A stretch of DNA of 64,000 nucleotides from Ophelia neglecta (taxonomy: Eukaryota). The position numbers and the translations under genes were made by a program. Under the pieces are notes generated by a model. It saw only the letters and a program-made list of their open reading frames with translations, was not told where the DNA came from and ran no database searches. Shown piece after piece: positions 34,401 through 46,790 of the stretch. The DNA is taken from contig OZ260664.1 in assembly GCA_965285935.1 (NCBI GenBank), positions 4,588,001 through 4,652,000 on the forward strand. The letters run 5' to 3'. Position 1 is the first letter of the stretch, and every line of letters begins with the position of its first letter.

Positions 34401-36952
34401 CAGCAATTCAAGGGGATGAAAATTGTAAAATACGTGTGCTCTCCTAGCATTAAAGATTTGAACATTAAATATTTCAGGAATTTGACAGGGTAGGCATGTG
34501 TTCAGCTTGCATGTTACATTCTGAATAGCATTAATGACACGCACATCATATGATTTACATATAAGCTGTAAACAAGGCTCTTCCCTTTACAGGCCTTACA
34601 AGTTGAACGACTATTACCGGTAAGGGCCTGGGGATTGATGTATTGATACGTGTGGGCCTGTAGCAGCTGTTTCCTGATTATTTATGAGGGATTCGATGGA
34701 CTTATCTGATGAGTTTGCTTTGTCTACGGTGTATTTACTCTGTATCGGTTATGTAAAAATGTATACATATAAAACCCTGACAGGGTAAAATGGACATACA
34801 GTAAAACCTGCCCTAAAAACCACCTGCAAAATCAGACTAACAATATTAGGACCATACTGTATAGCGGAGGTGCAATCAGTTTGAACTGTTATTAACTATG
34901 ACAGCAAATGACTTTAAAAAAAAAATACTCGAATAGCTCGGAATCATGATAGATTCGCAGGCTTGCACGGCTGCTGACACGGGTGAATAATTACACTGTG
35001 AAGTAGTGTATCTAAGAGTAAGAATACTACTGATTTTGAAAGCTCATAATAATGACAAAATCTCTGGCTTGCATGGCCGCTGACCCGGATGAATGTTACT
35101 CTACGAAGTAATATTCCTAACAGGAAGTATATTGCAATGTTCAATTAGATTGAAAGGCAATTTTTTCTTTTGTATAACTAGTTTTAAGTTCGATGCTCTA
35201 ATGTAGCCAATAATGGCTGAAGACAGGTAATAACAATCGTTATTGTGAAATTCTTTCCGTATGTACTAACTGTAAAAATTGTTTGGTGTCGCCATCTAGA
35301 TCAAAAAAGAATCGTGTTCTCATGCAACTGTCCACATCTGACGAAAACCATCTTATTAAGTCATGCTTTGATGTATCAAAGACTGTGTATTTTGATGCCA
35401 AGATATCTTTGATTCTGTTCGCCAAGTCTTTGGTGGAGTGCTTCGAAAACAGACTGAACTTAGTGGGGTTGCGACAAGGCATGGACAGCGTAAACTGGAA
35501 AGAAAACATATGTCATTATTTAATCACTAGTGAAATGTGAACACGTTACCAGGCACGTTTTACTGTTTACCAAATAGAACACAACTGGATTTTTAAAGAT
35601 ACTTTTTCATATTTGATTCAGCTGCTGTTTTTTTATTAAAGGATTATTCTTGATAAACTTTCAGCCTATGTTCTTAATATGTGTAATACATATTATTTCC
35701 GAATACATTTAGACGTTTGAACATGGGGAAAGAAAACAGATTCATATGTAGGCGTGATTGGTTTTACTGACATCAATTGAATCGGCTCCTATTTCAGGAA
35801 TAAAGCTACAGGTGAGCAGGCGATTCTGATTACCGGACCCTGACCATTCCACTGTACATTCGTCCCGATAAAAGGTGAACCTTTTGGACCCATCCGCTTG
35901 TCCTATATTCCCCGAACTTTGAGATTTGAGTTGCCAAGATCCTGTAGCAAAAGATTGCGATAGTTAGTTCTATTTAACGTTCCTACTAGAATTTTTATCG
36001 AAGTAATTTGAATCCTGTTTAAATTGTAGAATGGTTTAAACATTTCTTGACTGTCTAGTGATTATAGCATATTCATTTATGTAAGATTCGAGGCAACCCT
36101 CCTTAGTTTGTGTAATAATGAGCATTTTCTTAGATTTCTCATACTTGTATGGGAAAATATGCAAACTGAGTCAGATATATGTGTATTAAAACTGTGTAGA
36201 TGGAATTATGGGAAACTCACAAGATACAATGATGTTGTATACATATGAAAATAGGGTTATATGATTAATTCATAAGTGTAATACATGTATTAGCTTTGGC
36301 GTTTCGTTTTTAAGGTAATACATTGGTTACTTTTCTAGATTTTCGATTGGCGTTTTATCACGGCTGCTGGTCAACTAGCTATCGTAAAAATAATATCACC
36401 GTAAGTTTGTCAATAATTTCATAACTGAAATTCTTCTTATGTAAACGTATTATTATGGTATTTTTACTTACTATACTGAATGCTTGTTAAAAAGATCATA
36501 TACCTTCACACAAGACCCGCAAATCTATGGGGCAATATAATGTGCAAAAAATCACTTATAAGCTTAAATAACATTGTTTTCATAACCGAAATCTGAAAGT
36601 AATTAAGATATGTAACAAGATACAAGGGAAGGGTACATTGTGAACTCATTAGGTCTTCATGCAAATACAGTGTAATCAAAGCAGGGCAGTTTCCGAGTAT
36701 GAAACTTGTCCCTAATCCATCGTGTTTCTGCTGGGCTAGGTAAAAGGTAAAATTACCTTGCTCTTTTCCATCTATGTTCAAGGTGAACCGACACGTATGC
36801 ATATTAAAGTTGATTACATTTAGGCTGTATTCTGTTCCATGATTAAGATACACTACTTCTCCCTGCGGGGTGTTAATATGTCTGCCTTCCTTGATCTCAA
36901 TAGCATAACCTGCTTGGAAAACCCCTTTGAAATCTGGGAATAATACCTCCAT
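31322..36952 (-). CDS. Multi-exon ubiquitin-like-domain protein with a split uncharacterised flanking domain
   Basis: Exons 36952-36757, 35941-35772, 35494-35271, 34199-33983, 33894-33775 and 32922-~32712 join in phase. Then 32543-32501, 32130 (or 32120)-31968 and 31433-31322. The donor after the UbL exon and the true start are uncertain. Confidence 0.8.
31968..32130 (-). CDS. UbL gene exon H
   Basis: ...TAGTKTPGKVSLQSAQTVDAMRVDRSRETKFTLRLVE(R)|gtaaaa, phase 2. Confidence 0.75.
32501..32543 (-). CDS. UbL gene candidate 43-nt exon G
   Basis: ttgcag acceptor and gtaagc donor; reading frame uncertain. Confidence 0.5.
32712..32922 (-). CDS. UbL gene exon F: ubiquitin-like domain
   Basis: VLVYCLTGR...KEGLPPDQQRLIVAGRQL..MHLIL aligns to ubiquitin; no LRGG; 3' boundary uncertain. 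Confidence 0.9.
33775..33894 (-). CDS. UbL gene exon E
   Basis: ttccag|TIENDHIY...PTSFD|gtgagt. Confidence 0.8.
33983..34199 (-). CDS. UbL gene exon D
   Basis: gttcag|FDGYHERGHYY...SPWIK|gtaatg. Confidence 0.8.
34799..34888. mobile_element. Deleted relative of the 24152 MITE
   Basis: TA|CAGTAAAACCTG..aaaaaccacct..aatcagac; degenerate right end. Confidence 0.5.
35271..35494 (-). CDS. UbL gene exon C
   Basis: ttccag|FTLSMPCRNPTKFSLFSKHSTKDLANRIKDIL...|gttagt, phase 2. Confidence 0.8.
35772..35941 (-). CDS. UbL gene exon B
   Basis: ctacag|GSWQLKSQSSGNIGQADGSKRFTFYRDE...NRLLTCSFIPEIGADSID|gtcagt. Confidence 0.8.
36757..36952 (-). CDS. UbL gene exon A
   Basis: YAIEIKEGRHINTPQGEVVYLNHGTEYSLNVINFNMHTCRFTLNIDGKEQ G|gtaatt, phase 1. 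Confidence 0.8.
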
Positions 36953-39900
36953 GTTAAGAATGAAGTATCCCAAATACTGTATACTGACCTAACTATAGGC
37001 TACTTGGCTGTGTACAAGAGTTCAAAGGTTGTACCACCGATAAGAACTGTATCACGTCCAACTGATATGGTCTAACCTACATTAAGCTGATAGTGGTTAA
37101 CTTATATCTAACTGGTATAAGCTTTGTATAAGCTCGCCTGTATTTTTACCAACAGGACCATCCATTGCCTGGAGGTCAGAGGTCAAAGTTTGACTCTGTT
37201 CAACGTTTGTATGGATTGGCAATAGGGCCAGTCGGACCATGCTACTGCGCGTGACTAGTCCGCAGCTTTGGTAGAGCTTAACTAACGATTTCACAGCGAT
37301 AACATGCTGATTGCAATCCTTGTAGCAATCCTACCAAAATAAACGTAACTTGGAAAGCTTCTTATACATAAATTATCCCTGATAATTATTTTCAGCAGCT
37401 TATTGGAAAACCTCAGTTACACGAACCGTCATTGCTGTCAACATTTTTATTAATTTTCATGCAAACTTAAGGACAGAAATGAGCTACTGGTAAGGAGAAT
37501 ATGAACCTCCGATTGACTCTATTGGCCTAAACATCTTAATCTAGCGCAGAAAATTTCGCGAGCGGAATCTCCATGAAATAAAGTCACGAGGGCTATACAG
37601 TGACCGGCACCACTAAGGATCCTTCCTTCCTGAATTACTGTCTAAGAACAGTAATGATGAAACATGGAGTCATGTCTTACATCAGGTTTGGCCTTTTAAC
37701 AAGCAGAACTATATAACTATACTCAAACATGTAGACGTTCCCCAACTGAGAAACATCCATCTTAGGGAGTATGAAAGAAAACTGCCGCAGTGCCGGGATA
37801 TATCCTTACTAATGGCTTTTTCGTTTCCTGTGTATCTACTTTTCCGTTGTAGGAGAGAAGCTAGCCAAGGAGCATGCTTCCGTTTAAGAAAACAGAAAAT
37901 ATTCTGCCTGGAAATGAACCCCTAATTGCATACTGTATAGGACTCATTTAGAAGCCACTTAATTATACTACAATGTACCTCTGATAAAATCATCCATAAG
38001 AGTAAGTACCTTAGACGCGTTGAAATAGGAAAGAGCTATCTATTTTCATTACAATAAGTAGGATATATCGTTTGATAGGAGAAAGAAAAAAATTACAGTA
38101 TATCAAATAGAAGTGACCTCGGCAATCTAGCGAGTAGTAGTAAAAGTATTCGTAATAAATAAAAGGCACTCTTGTATGATGTTTTCCATGGAAATTGAAC
38201 TTTATGGCCAAGGTCTTTACCTTTTATGTAATATATTCCCTTTAGACCAACATTATTGATCAAAGTGCAATTTCAGAAAAAGGATTTGACAATGAAGAGC
38301 TTAACTCAATACAAATTTTTAGGGACTAGCAAGTTTTTTCATTACGTTAAAATCCTGACGCATTAGTAGATAAGAAAGTTCTTTATGTTTCACTCGCTCT
38401 GGAATTGTTATTTTACTGCTGGGCTTGTAGACAAGGTTGTATGTGTTTCCCAGTGTATCCAGGAATTGAACGAGTAGTCCCATTTGGTCCCCACATAGTC
38501 AGTTCCTGCCGGTGTAACTATCAGCCTGCCCTCTTTATGTTCCAGGACATCAAAGGGTGTCATTAGAGCCATAATGTCTGTAGTTAAAGGATGTCACGCA
38601 ATGTGTTGAGTGTGTGCTGACGTCAGAATACACTAATTGCTAACTTCAAAGGATGCGCTTTAACCATCTCTAGTACCTCTTAATCAAAATCCGTTTTTAA
38701 AAGATAGTCCGTTGGTTTAAGAAATCTGTTTGATCTAAGTATAATCTTCATCATAGGCGTTACAGCCGATTTAATCACAATGTGGCACATATCAATTAAG
38801 CTTGATAATGATAAGTTGAAAATGAACCATGGAAAACATTAGAAACATATGTAACGACCTTATAAATCAGTGGAACCATGACGAGTTGGCTAGTCACAAG
38901 TCTAAAATTTAATTCCATCAGGGAATGACCATCGCTACAGGCGAGATACAATTGGCCATATAACAGGATGCAATGTCAAGCTATATTCGTTTTATGATTA
39001 CAATTGCAGTTTTACACACCAAAATGATCTTCGCCATCCTCGTTTCACTAGATACTCTATTATTGATGATCATGCAAGGGGCAGCAAATCATAGAACTTT
39101 CGTGAACCTTTCGTGAAAATGTTCCTATGCCAAGAATGTAAAATATGCCAACATGACACCCCCGTTTTTCCAAACAATGACACTTTTTCATGCTATTTGG
39201 TCCTAGATAAAACCTGTGTTATAATAAGAGGGTCTTATAAACCAGGATCCCACCACACAAAATTGTGCATCCGGTTTAGGTTGAATGATATGGGCTCAGG
39301 TGTGCTTGTCACTAATAATTACCGGAACAACGGACTTCGGATTAAGTAAGAAAAGCTGCAGGCACAGAACGACAATGCTAAAACAAAAACCTTTGAGATA
39401 TATGGGGAGAAGCTTCACTTCAATTAGGAATGCATCTAGTATTCGTGGATTGTTATTTAAAAAGTTGCATTTTGCTACATGCGTGTTCAATGAAAATAAT
39501 TTTAAAAAATACCATTTTTGTTTATATGCTAAATAAATACAAATTCGGGGTTGGCGGTGTAAACTGTAATGAAATATACGATAGAAATTTCATGTGCAAT
39601 TGTTGATTCATAATCACTAGCACATGTAAATATAACTGAAAGATTTCTGACGCAAACTCCAAAACGCTTTTCTGATGTTCAGGAAAAGACATAGCCCTGA
39701 TATTCAATAGTGTAAGTTAATAACACAAATGGTTCATAATCTTGGTCGATTTGGTTTGATTCATTATTCTTTATCGCTGATTACCAGTCGTTGCCGGGCA
39801 TTCGCTCCCTAATTTTGTCGGGTATCCGCCCCCAGACCCTGCCGTGTATAGGCCCCGTGTTTTTGTCAAATGCATTATTATAATCTCCAATTTCCTGACA

Positions 39901-42591
39901 TGGAAGCTTTCGTTCCTAAAGTAATTAGAATTTCCCGCAAAAATACTAATTGATGTTGCCCCGTGATAAATCCCCTCTGTTAGAGACAAGAGTATTTGTC
40001 CCTTTCGTCGAAGGCTGCGTTGGGAAAGACATTATTTGTATATGATATACTTTGTTTATTGCCTTACGTCCCTCTTAACATGATGACTTATCCAAGCCTT
40101 AATCCTCACAAACGATATGTATGGCATAAATTGTCTCAACTCTGCAGTATGATGAGAAAAAACCCTCTGGGATTCCATCTTTGTATCAATCTACTGCTTA
40201 AAAAGATAATTGTTTCTGAACTGTTCTTTGCCATTGTCAACATTATAATTTAGTTCAAGAATTAATTAGTTCATAAAAAGGTTGGCGCCACAGTGTGGTA
40301 AATTAATGTATAAACAATTCCATTCACAAATGTAGCGCGGTCCTTATTTTTATTCATGTTTTGGCAAATGTATATGCCCCTGGTTTGACATAATACCTAA
40401 TAAAAAGATATCAACAGAATTGTATCTTTATAGACTCTTTCCCTTTTTACACTTCACTCAGCTATTCTGCTTTATCAAATCAACCACAGATAATTTTTCA
40501 TATCACAAGTAATTCCGGTCGCACAACCCTAGTTTGAAAGTAAGAAAAATAGAAATTGACAGTCTTTTAATCCATATAATTCAACGTCAGTCTGCTTTAT
40601 ACACGAATCAATATTGCGATATTTAATTTTTATTATTTTGCGCCATTTATTTATAATATTTTTGGGGGGAAATATTTACAACATGCAGCTTTAACGCTTT
40701 TGAATACGTAGGAAAGGGTGAGGAGCGGTGAACCAACAGCATGTACGCTGATTCGATGAGAGTTGGCTGCTGATACATTTAACCAGCATACAAGGAGTGA
40801 CCCACCCGGCAGACTCACTGAACATTAAAGGGAAACATTAAACCTGGAAGATCGGTTCTAAGAGATTGACATGCAATGCGTTGACTTACATGTAGCCAGA
40901 ATGAACAAATCACTACTTGAAAGCATACATCACATCCAACGCAGGTTTATCGTATTGATTTTAAATAGCTTTATTCAGAATCTTGATGACAACCGCTGTA
41001 TCGCAGATCGGCGATCCCTCGATTTCAATATTTCGTGCGTAGTTTCGTCATTTCCCTATATCGGGCATTGACTCGGAAGTAATTGGGCACAAAACGCTCC
41101 AAAAATACCATAGTACGGTAATGGCATGAACGGCGTAACTTTTAATCAAGGGTACCCAATTCTATCCTGAGTGATGCTGCAATATCTTATCAGACTTTTC
41201 TTTGTAATACATATAGTATAAGTCGGGAATATAAATTGACCCACAACAATGGAAAACATCATTTAATCTATAGTTTATCGTGTTTTCTTGCTGATTTTTA
41301 ACCTTGCTATCTATGAAGCATATACCAAATGAATGGTAGGAAAGAAGAAGAAGAAAATTAAAGAATGAAAATGTAGAATAGCCTCCCAGTCTGATATTTA
41401 TATATTAGAATAATGCATAGCTGGCAATTCATAAACAAGTCAAGTTGGTTATAATTTTATAAGCATTTATATCACACACACAAACTTAGGGAAATAATAC
41501 AAATTGTGTGAGGGTTTTAAATACAGCCCCAATATTTTATTCAAATTCTAAGGCTAACCAGAGTAGTGATATTGCCATTTCTTACCAGACTCTGTATTGA
41601 TCTTTTTCCTGTGATGAATCCCATTTGTATGAAGTTAGTGGATTTCTATATTGTCTGGGATACTTTATTGAGAAAGCAATCGTGCTTATCCAGAATTCTT
41701 CCATTTCCGTTGACCTATTGTTTCTGTGATGGCGATATCTTCCTCAAACATTATTTTCTCGCAAATGGCATTGCATTCCGGTTTGCCCTAATAACTCAAA
41801 ACAGTTCTAGTCACATTACAAAAGCATGGAGAGATTGCTGATACCAGTCCACAAATCACAAATAACATGCCCCTGGAACATTCTTTGACATTCAATCGTT
41901 TTCAGTGATTTATTTTCAACAGAAAATACAAGGTCATGGTGTTTATGAGAAAACAATGCAGGAAAATTACCCAGCCACCCAACACCCCCCCCCCCCCAAA
42001 CCTCCACCCCAATCCCCTCCCACAAGCACACATCCCGGAGGATTTCAGGCAATATTCGTTAACAATACACATTTTTCACTTAACATCAGGATCGTGTTAT
42101 GACCGGTCCCGGTGCTGGGCTGCAGCAATTGCTGTGCTTAAATCTGGAGTTATTCTCTGACTTCATGCAGATTTCTTAGTTCATTTAGTCCAAAGTAAAC
42201 CTCTAGTCGAAATGAAATAGGTTCGCTACGATGTTGTATGTACATGATCTTGGGGACATCACGTTATTCTTGAACTGTATGGTTTGCTTTTGGTACTATA
42301 TCCCTACCAACACACGTCCCTGTCGACATATGTCACGTTCTGCGAAAAGCTTGGTAAATGTTATTTAAAAGCACCAGGACAAACATAGACAGAGTCAGCA
42401 CAGACAGAGCAGGAGCATTCGGGAGCAGATACCAGGCATACAAAGCAAAATAATTAATCAAGTCATGTCCATAAAATAGGTTAAATCATTATGAACCGAG
42501 GGCCCCACATCAGGACCGTAACTGTGAATAATCTTCTATCGAATTCATTGTAACAGTCTTTTAATGAAATGTAGTCAATAGCGCGTCAGGG

Positions 42592-42919
42592 TTGTTGTTG
42601 TTGTTGTTTGGGGTTTTACGTGGCTTTCAACGCTTATCTGGTCATATCACCACAGTGCCTACTTGTGACAGGTGTCTCAATGCCCTCTTTATAGTGCTGC
42701 CTGGAGTACCTGCCGTAGACACTACACAGGGAACCCCACCCAGTCACATTATACTGACACCTGGTTGACCAGTCCTAATACTACCCCCGAAATACCGGGC
42801 GCCTGGCAGGGGGGCTATCAGTACCTAGTTTTACGTATTGGGTTTGACGCGATCGAGATTCGAACACCGATCTCCCACTTGCGAGGCGGACGCTCTAACC
42901 ACTCGGCCACGCTTTGGTT
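42592..42919 (-). mobile_element. tRNA-derived SINE with (AAC)n tail and 7-bp TSD
   Basis: Minus strand: A box TGGCCGAGTGG, B box GTTCGAATC, central GGACTGGTCAACCAGGTGTCAGTATAATGTGACTGGGTGGG (Meta/MESC-like as recalled), tail (AAC)n. gtcaggg at 42585-42591 and 42920-42926. Confidence 0.92.
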
Positions 42920-45900
42920 GTCAGGGTCAGGGCACAACAACAGAAAGAGTCGGTGGTTAACGTAGGACAGAGATGAAATATATCTTAGGGGGGTCTATGA
43001 ACTAATAAGCTTTGTCATACTTGTAAAGAGTTTAGATGAATTTTTATCGACAAAGGCACAAGACCAGAAAAGGATATAAGTCTCCTTCCATGCTAAAAGG
43101 GGAAAGGGGCACTCTAGAACAGCCTTCAAAGACATGGCATAATATCCCAATGATGAGGGCTCAATTCTAAGTACCAAATCTTAAGCTAGGACGTGTCTAC
43201 TCATGTGTATAGTGTGAACAAGTTCCCTATCCCAACTCCAGCGCTTATGGGAGGTTAAGCATTTACATTAAATTTGACACACGTGTGACTGCTTTGTGTT
43301 TGAGTTACTGCTGATGTCATACCAAATCAGTCGTTTGTTTTCTGAAATATGTATGCAGTACTTATAACGTTACAGCCATGTTTACAGTTCGGGAACCGGG
43401 GATTGATGTATGCAGGCCTGCATCTGATGAATCCTGTTGCCTTCAGATTGATTTTATGGACTCTTCCTGGTTCATGACCTGGTATTGTCTGCCAGGTATC
43501 CACTCAATTTTTTGTGAATTATCTACGCTGTGAATGATGGCGTACCATGCTGATCATCGGCCACTAAAGGGGCCATTACGGCCAAGAGATCCTTTAGGAA
43601 CGATTGACATGCAACCGGCAAACTGACTGATGACATCACAAAGTACTAACTGCAACCTTCAAAGCGTACGTCTCAGGAACCCCGCATATACCCTTAAGAT
43701 AAATAATGGTTAACACACTCGCTGTTGTGCCCTGATTTTGAAATTATTTTAATATAAGCTTTACTGGGACACTGCTTGAGATATATTGGCTTGTTTTTGA
43801 TTGACTGTTGGTGGCAGAACTCGCCTTCGTATTCTTTGAGCAGGTATAAATATAAATCAAAAAATTAATCTTACTTTGATTTCATGGAAACTGTTATATT
43901 TTTTCTTTGTGTGGAATCAAACACAAATTTAGGACTATCACAGAATCCTATTCCCCGTAAAATGAACAAGCCAGCTGATATATTTGATGTTAGCCAGAAG
44001 AGCGATGTTGGCAATATCTTAGCCGAGCTTCGATTGATCGGGTCCATGAGAAATTTCCTTTGTTAGAAACTAGAGGATTTTTCCATTTTCCCAGAGACTC
44101 TTCGGAAAAAGTCATCCGTTTTATCTGACTTTCGTCTATTCTCTATTACCTAGTATTTGTGTAAAGTTGATGAATAATCCCCCCTTTGGACCCCACAACC
44201 CATATTTCACACGATATTGACAGCGCATATCGTAACCTCTGTATTAAGATTTGATAAAATACCTCCCGAGACGCCATCTTGATTGAAGTCCACTAGTCAG
44301 AATGTCAGTTCGTGCTGGAATATGCTTTTATAGTGATTACTTCCCGACTTTACCCGGTGATATACTACTAATATATCTTTCTCAGTCATTTTAAGGGGGG
44401 GGGACTGAGATACATTACCCAAAATGACTTCTTTGTTCAGGCTTCTTAGTTCTGGAAAAATAAGATAAATACTAGACCATTTTATTAGTTTTATGTTGGC
44501 ATTTGTTGTAAATTTTATTGTCTTATAATAACTTCCATCTCTTCCTTATGGTTAGACAGTACATTCCTTGGGGTGGCTCTAACGCTAGCGCATCTAACTG
44601 ATACGTAGTGAGAGTCTCCCAGTCTTAATATTCTTTATCCTCTATGCATTACTTACTTACTCTTCCCTCAGACTTAATTGTAATAGAGTTTTCGGTTTTT
44701 GGCCTTGTTCACTAAACACGTATAATACTTTATATGGAACATCAAATCTGCCGGTCAACAGTATTGTATGCACGTTTGAACTGGAATATAATTACTGTCA
44801 CTAGTGTTGTGTGTTCACATTACTGTCCAGAGGGAAGCATAGGAAGGACAGACATTTACAGTAACCCCCCGTCCACCCCCCCCCCCCGCCAACATATATA
44901 CTACTTCCAAGTGAAAAAGCGTAGGTGGGACAGACATTTACAGTAGCTCCTGTGATTATCTAGAAAATCGATTAAACGTGTTTGTCTCCCGTTTTATCTG
45001 GTTGTTGAGCAACTTACACCACATCCTAAATCCGGAGGCCTTCCCACAGAATGTATGGAACATCCTATTGGGCTGAGATTTACTAATATCGCTCCAGTGA
45101 TCACAATTCCGGGAATCTGAAGGTGACAATTTTTTTCCAACTTCATATTCAGCCGGTCTTCCTCTCATGTGATTAACGCGCAATCAATGTACAGTTCACA
45201 GTGATCCGATTGCCAAGCTGATCAGGAGCCCTTTTTTATTGGCCCACTTTATTTGGTTCAGCAGCCAAATAAACATAGTGTGTACCGAATAAGTACAAAT
45301 ATGAGTAGTTTATTAGCCTAAAGCATCTTATAACAGTTGTTTTGTGTTATTAATTTCTAACAATTGAAAAGTGGTCTGTGTTTTTGCCGAGGTAGACAAA
45401 TAACAAATAGAACTGTAGATGAAGTGGGGAGGATATTACATTAATACAGTTTCAAATTGCACCGACATATCAACATTGTCGAACTTGAATATATTCCAGC
45501 TGACACTTCATATTGCAGAATAGGACTGACTGATAATCCGTATTCACGATATCAATACAAATTGTCTGACAAACATGTCGGGTTCGATAATGCACTTGTT
45601 GGTAATAGATATTCTAGACATCAATTCACCGTGATTAAGTTCTTATAAGAGACCAGTTTTCATGGCTGGTTATAACTATTTCAAGCATGTATTGATAAAC
45701 GCATATCCCAGAGACAGGACGCAGTAAATTCCTGGAGAAATGGGAGCCCAGCTGCAACTGAACTGCCGTAGGGAGGAAGTCTATGCTCGGCACACGATGT
45801 ATGTGCGAGTCTCAGGTGTTCAGAGGTTAAGTAAAATGGCGGAGAGGTGTGTGGGGCATACATCTTCATTAGGGTGTGCAGTTTATGGCCGGAACTACCT

Positions 45901-46529
45901 ACAGTCCAATGTACTTTGACATAAGTGAACGCTTGGGGAGAACACTTCGGATTAAGCTTTATATATCACATAGGCGGCTGTGTACACAAATGAATCGAAA
46001 AAATGAACGCCTAATGTACTGGTTCTCCAATGGGGTCCAAATGTAGTGATTTACACACATCACACTCTGTACAACAATAATTGAAGTCCATTTTGTTTAC
46101 CAAGAATGAAGTGGAGTTTGGTTTTTAATTAGGTCATGTGTGAAATATGCCATATTTACGTGTTCAGCATAAAATAATATAAATTTATATTCATGTATTG
46201 TGAGAAAAAGTACATCAAAAATGATGTCGTCCAAAAAAATATATTTATTTTTAATACCAAATTTGCATATTCTCGACTAGGCAGCGCCATATCTTTGCTG
46301 AAAGAAAGAAAATACCGCCCTTTAATTAGCCAAGACTCACAACACTTTAATGCCTGAACTTTTAAGAAGAATCCCAACATAACATTCGTCAGTGGAAGTT
46401 TTCAAATTTTTACCATTTACTCTTCATTCGAATACAATATGGTGAGTCTACAATTAAAGACTAAAAACCAATATAATCTGCCTGTTGGACGGATCCATAA
46501 AACTGCCCGGAAATATAGAGTCCTCTTTA

Positions 46530-46790
46530 TAAGCAGCACGGTTAGGTCGTGGATATGGCCAAATAAAAGACGGCACCGAAGACAGAGCCCTGCCGGTACG
46601 ATTGTAGGACAGAAAATTGCTCAGATTTCACAGCGTTGATGACAAGCTGGGCGTCCCTGTATTCTCTGAATGAACTATACTGTCTTCCCCGGGGTTCACC
46701 TTTGTTTTCCACACTGTTCGCAAAACTAACATACACCTATGTGTTTTCTCGGATGCCTAAAGTCTTCCAATAGGGGCGAAGATTTTTACG
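46530..46790 (-). mobile_element. Highly decayed LINE RT fragment (CR1/L2-like)
   Basis: With frameshifts: GIRENT ... QLVINAVKSEQFSVL..VP-QGSVFGAVFYL..IHDL, resembling GVPQGSVLGPLLFLIYINDL. Confidence 0.5.

Noticed and set aside
36506-36756. C-terminal half of the 155-aa ORF as coding
   Set aside because: Family-like sequence continues in the exon at 35941 after the donor at 36757, so this part is intron read-through.
38410-38577. 54-codon minus-strand ORF after an acceptor (MALMTPFDVLEHKEG...)
   Set aside because: No recognisable homology and no partner exons found.
42840-42912. tRNA gene
   Set aside because: It is the head of a SINE, followed by a SINE body and tail.
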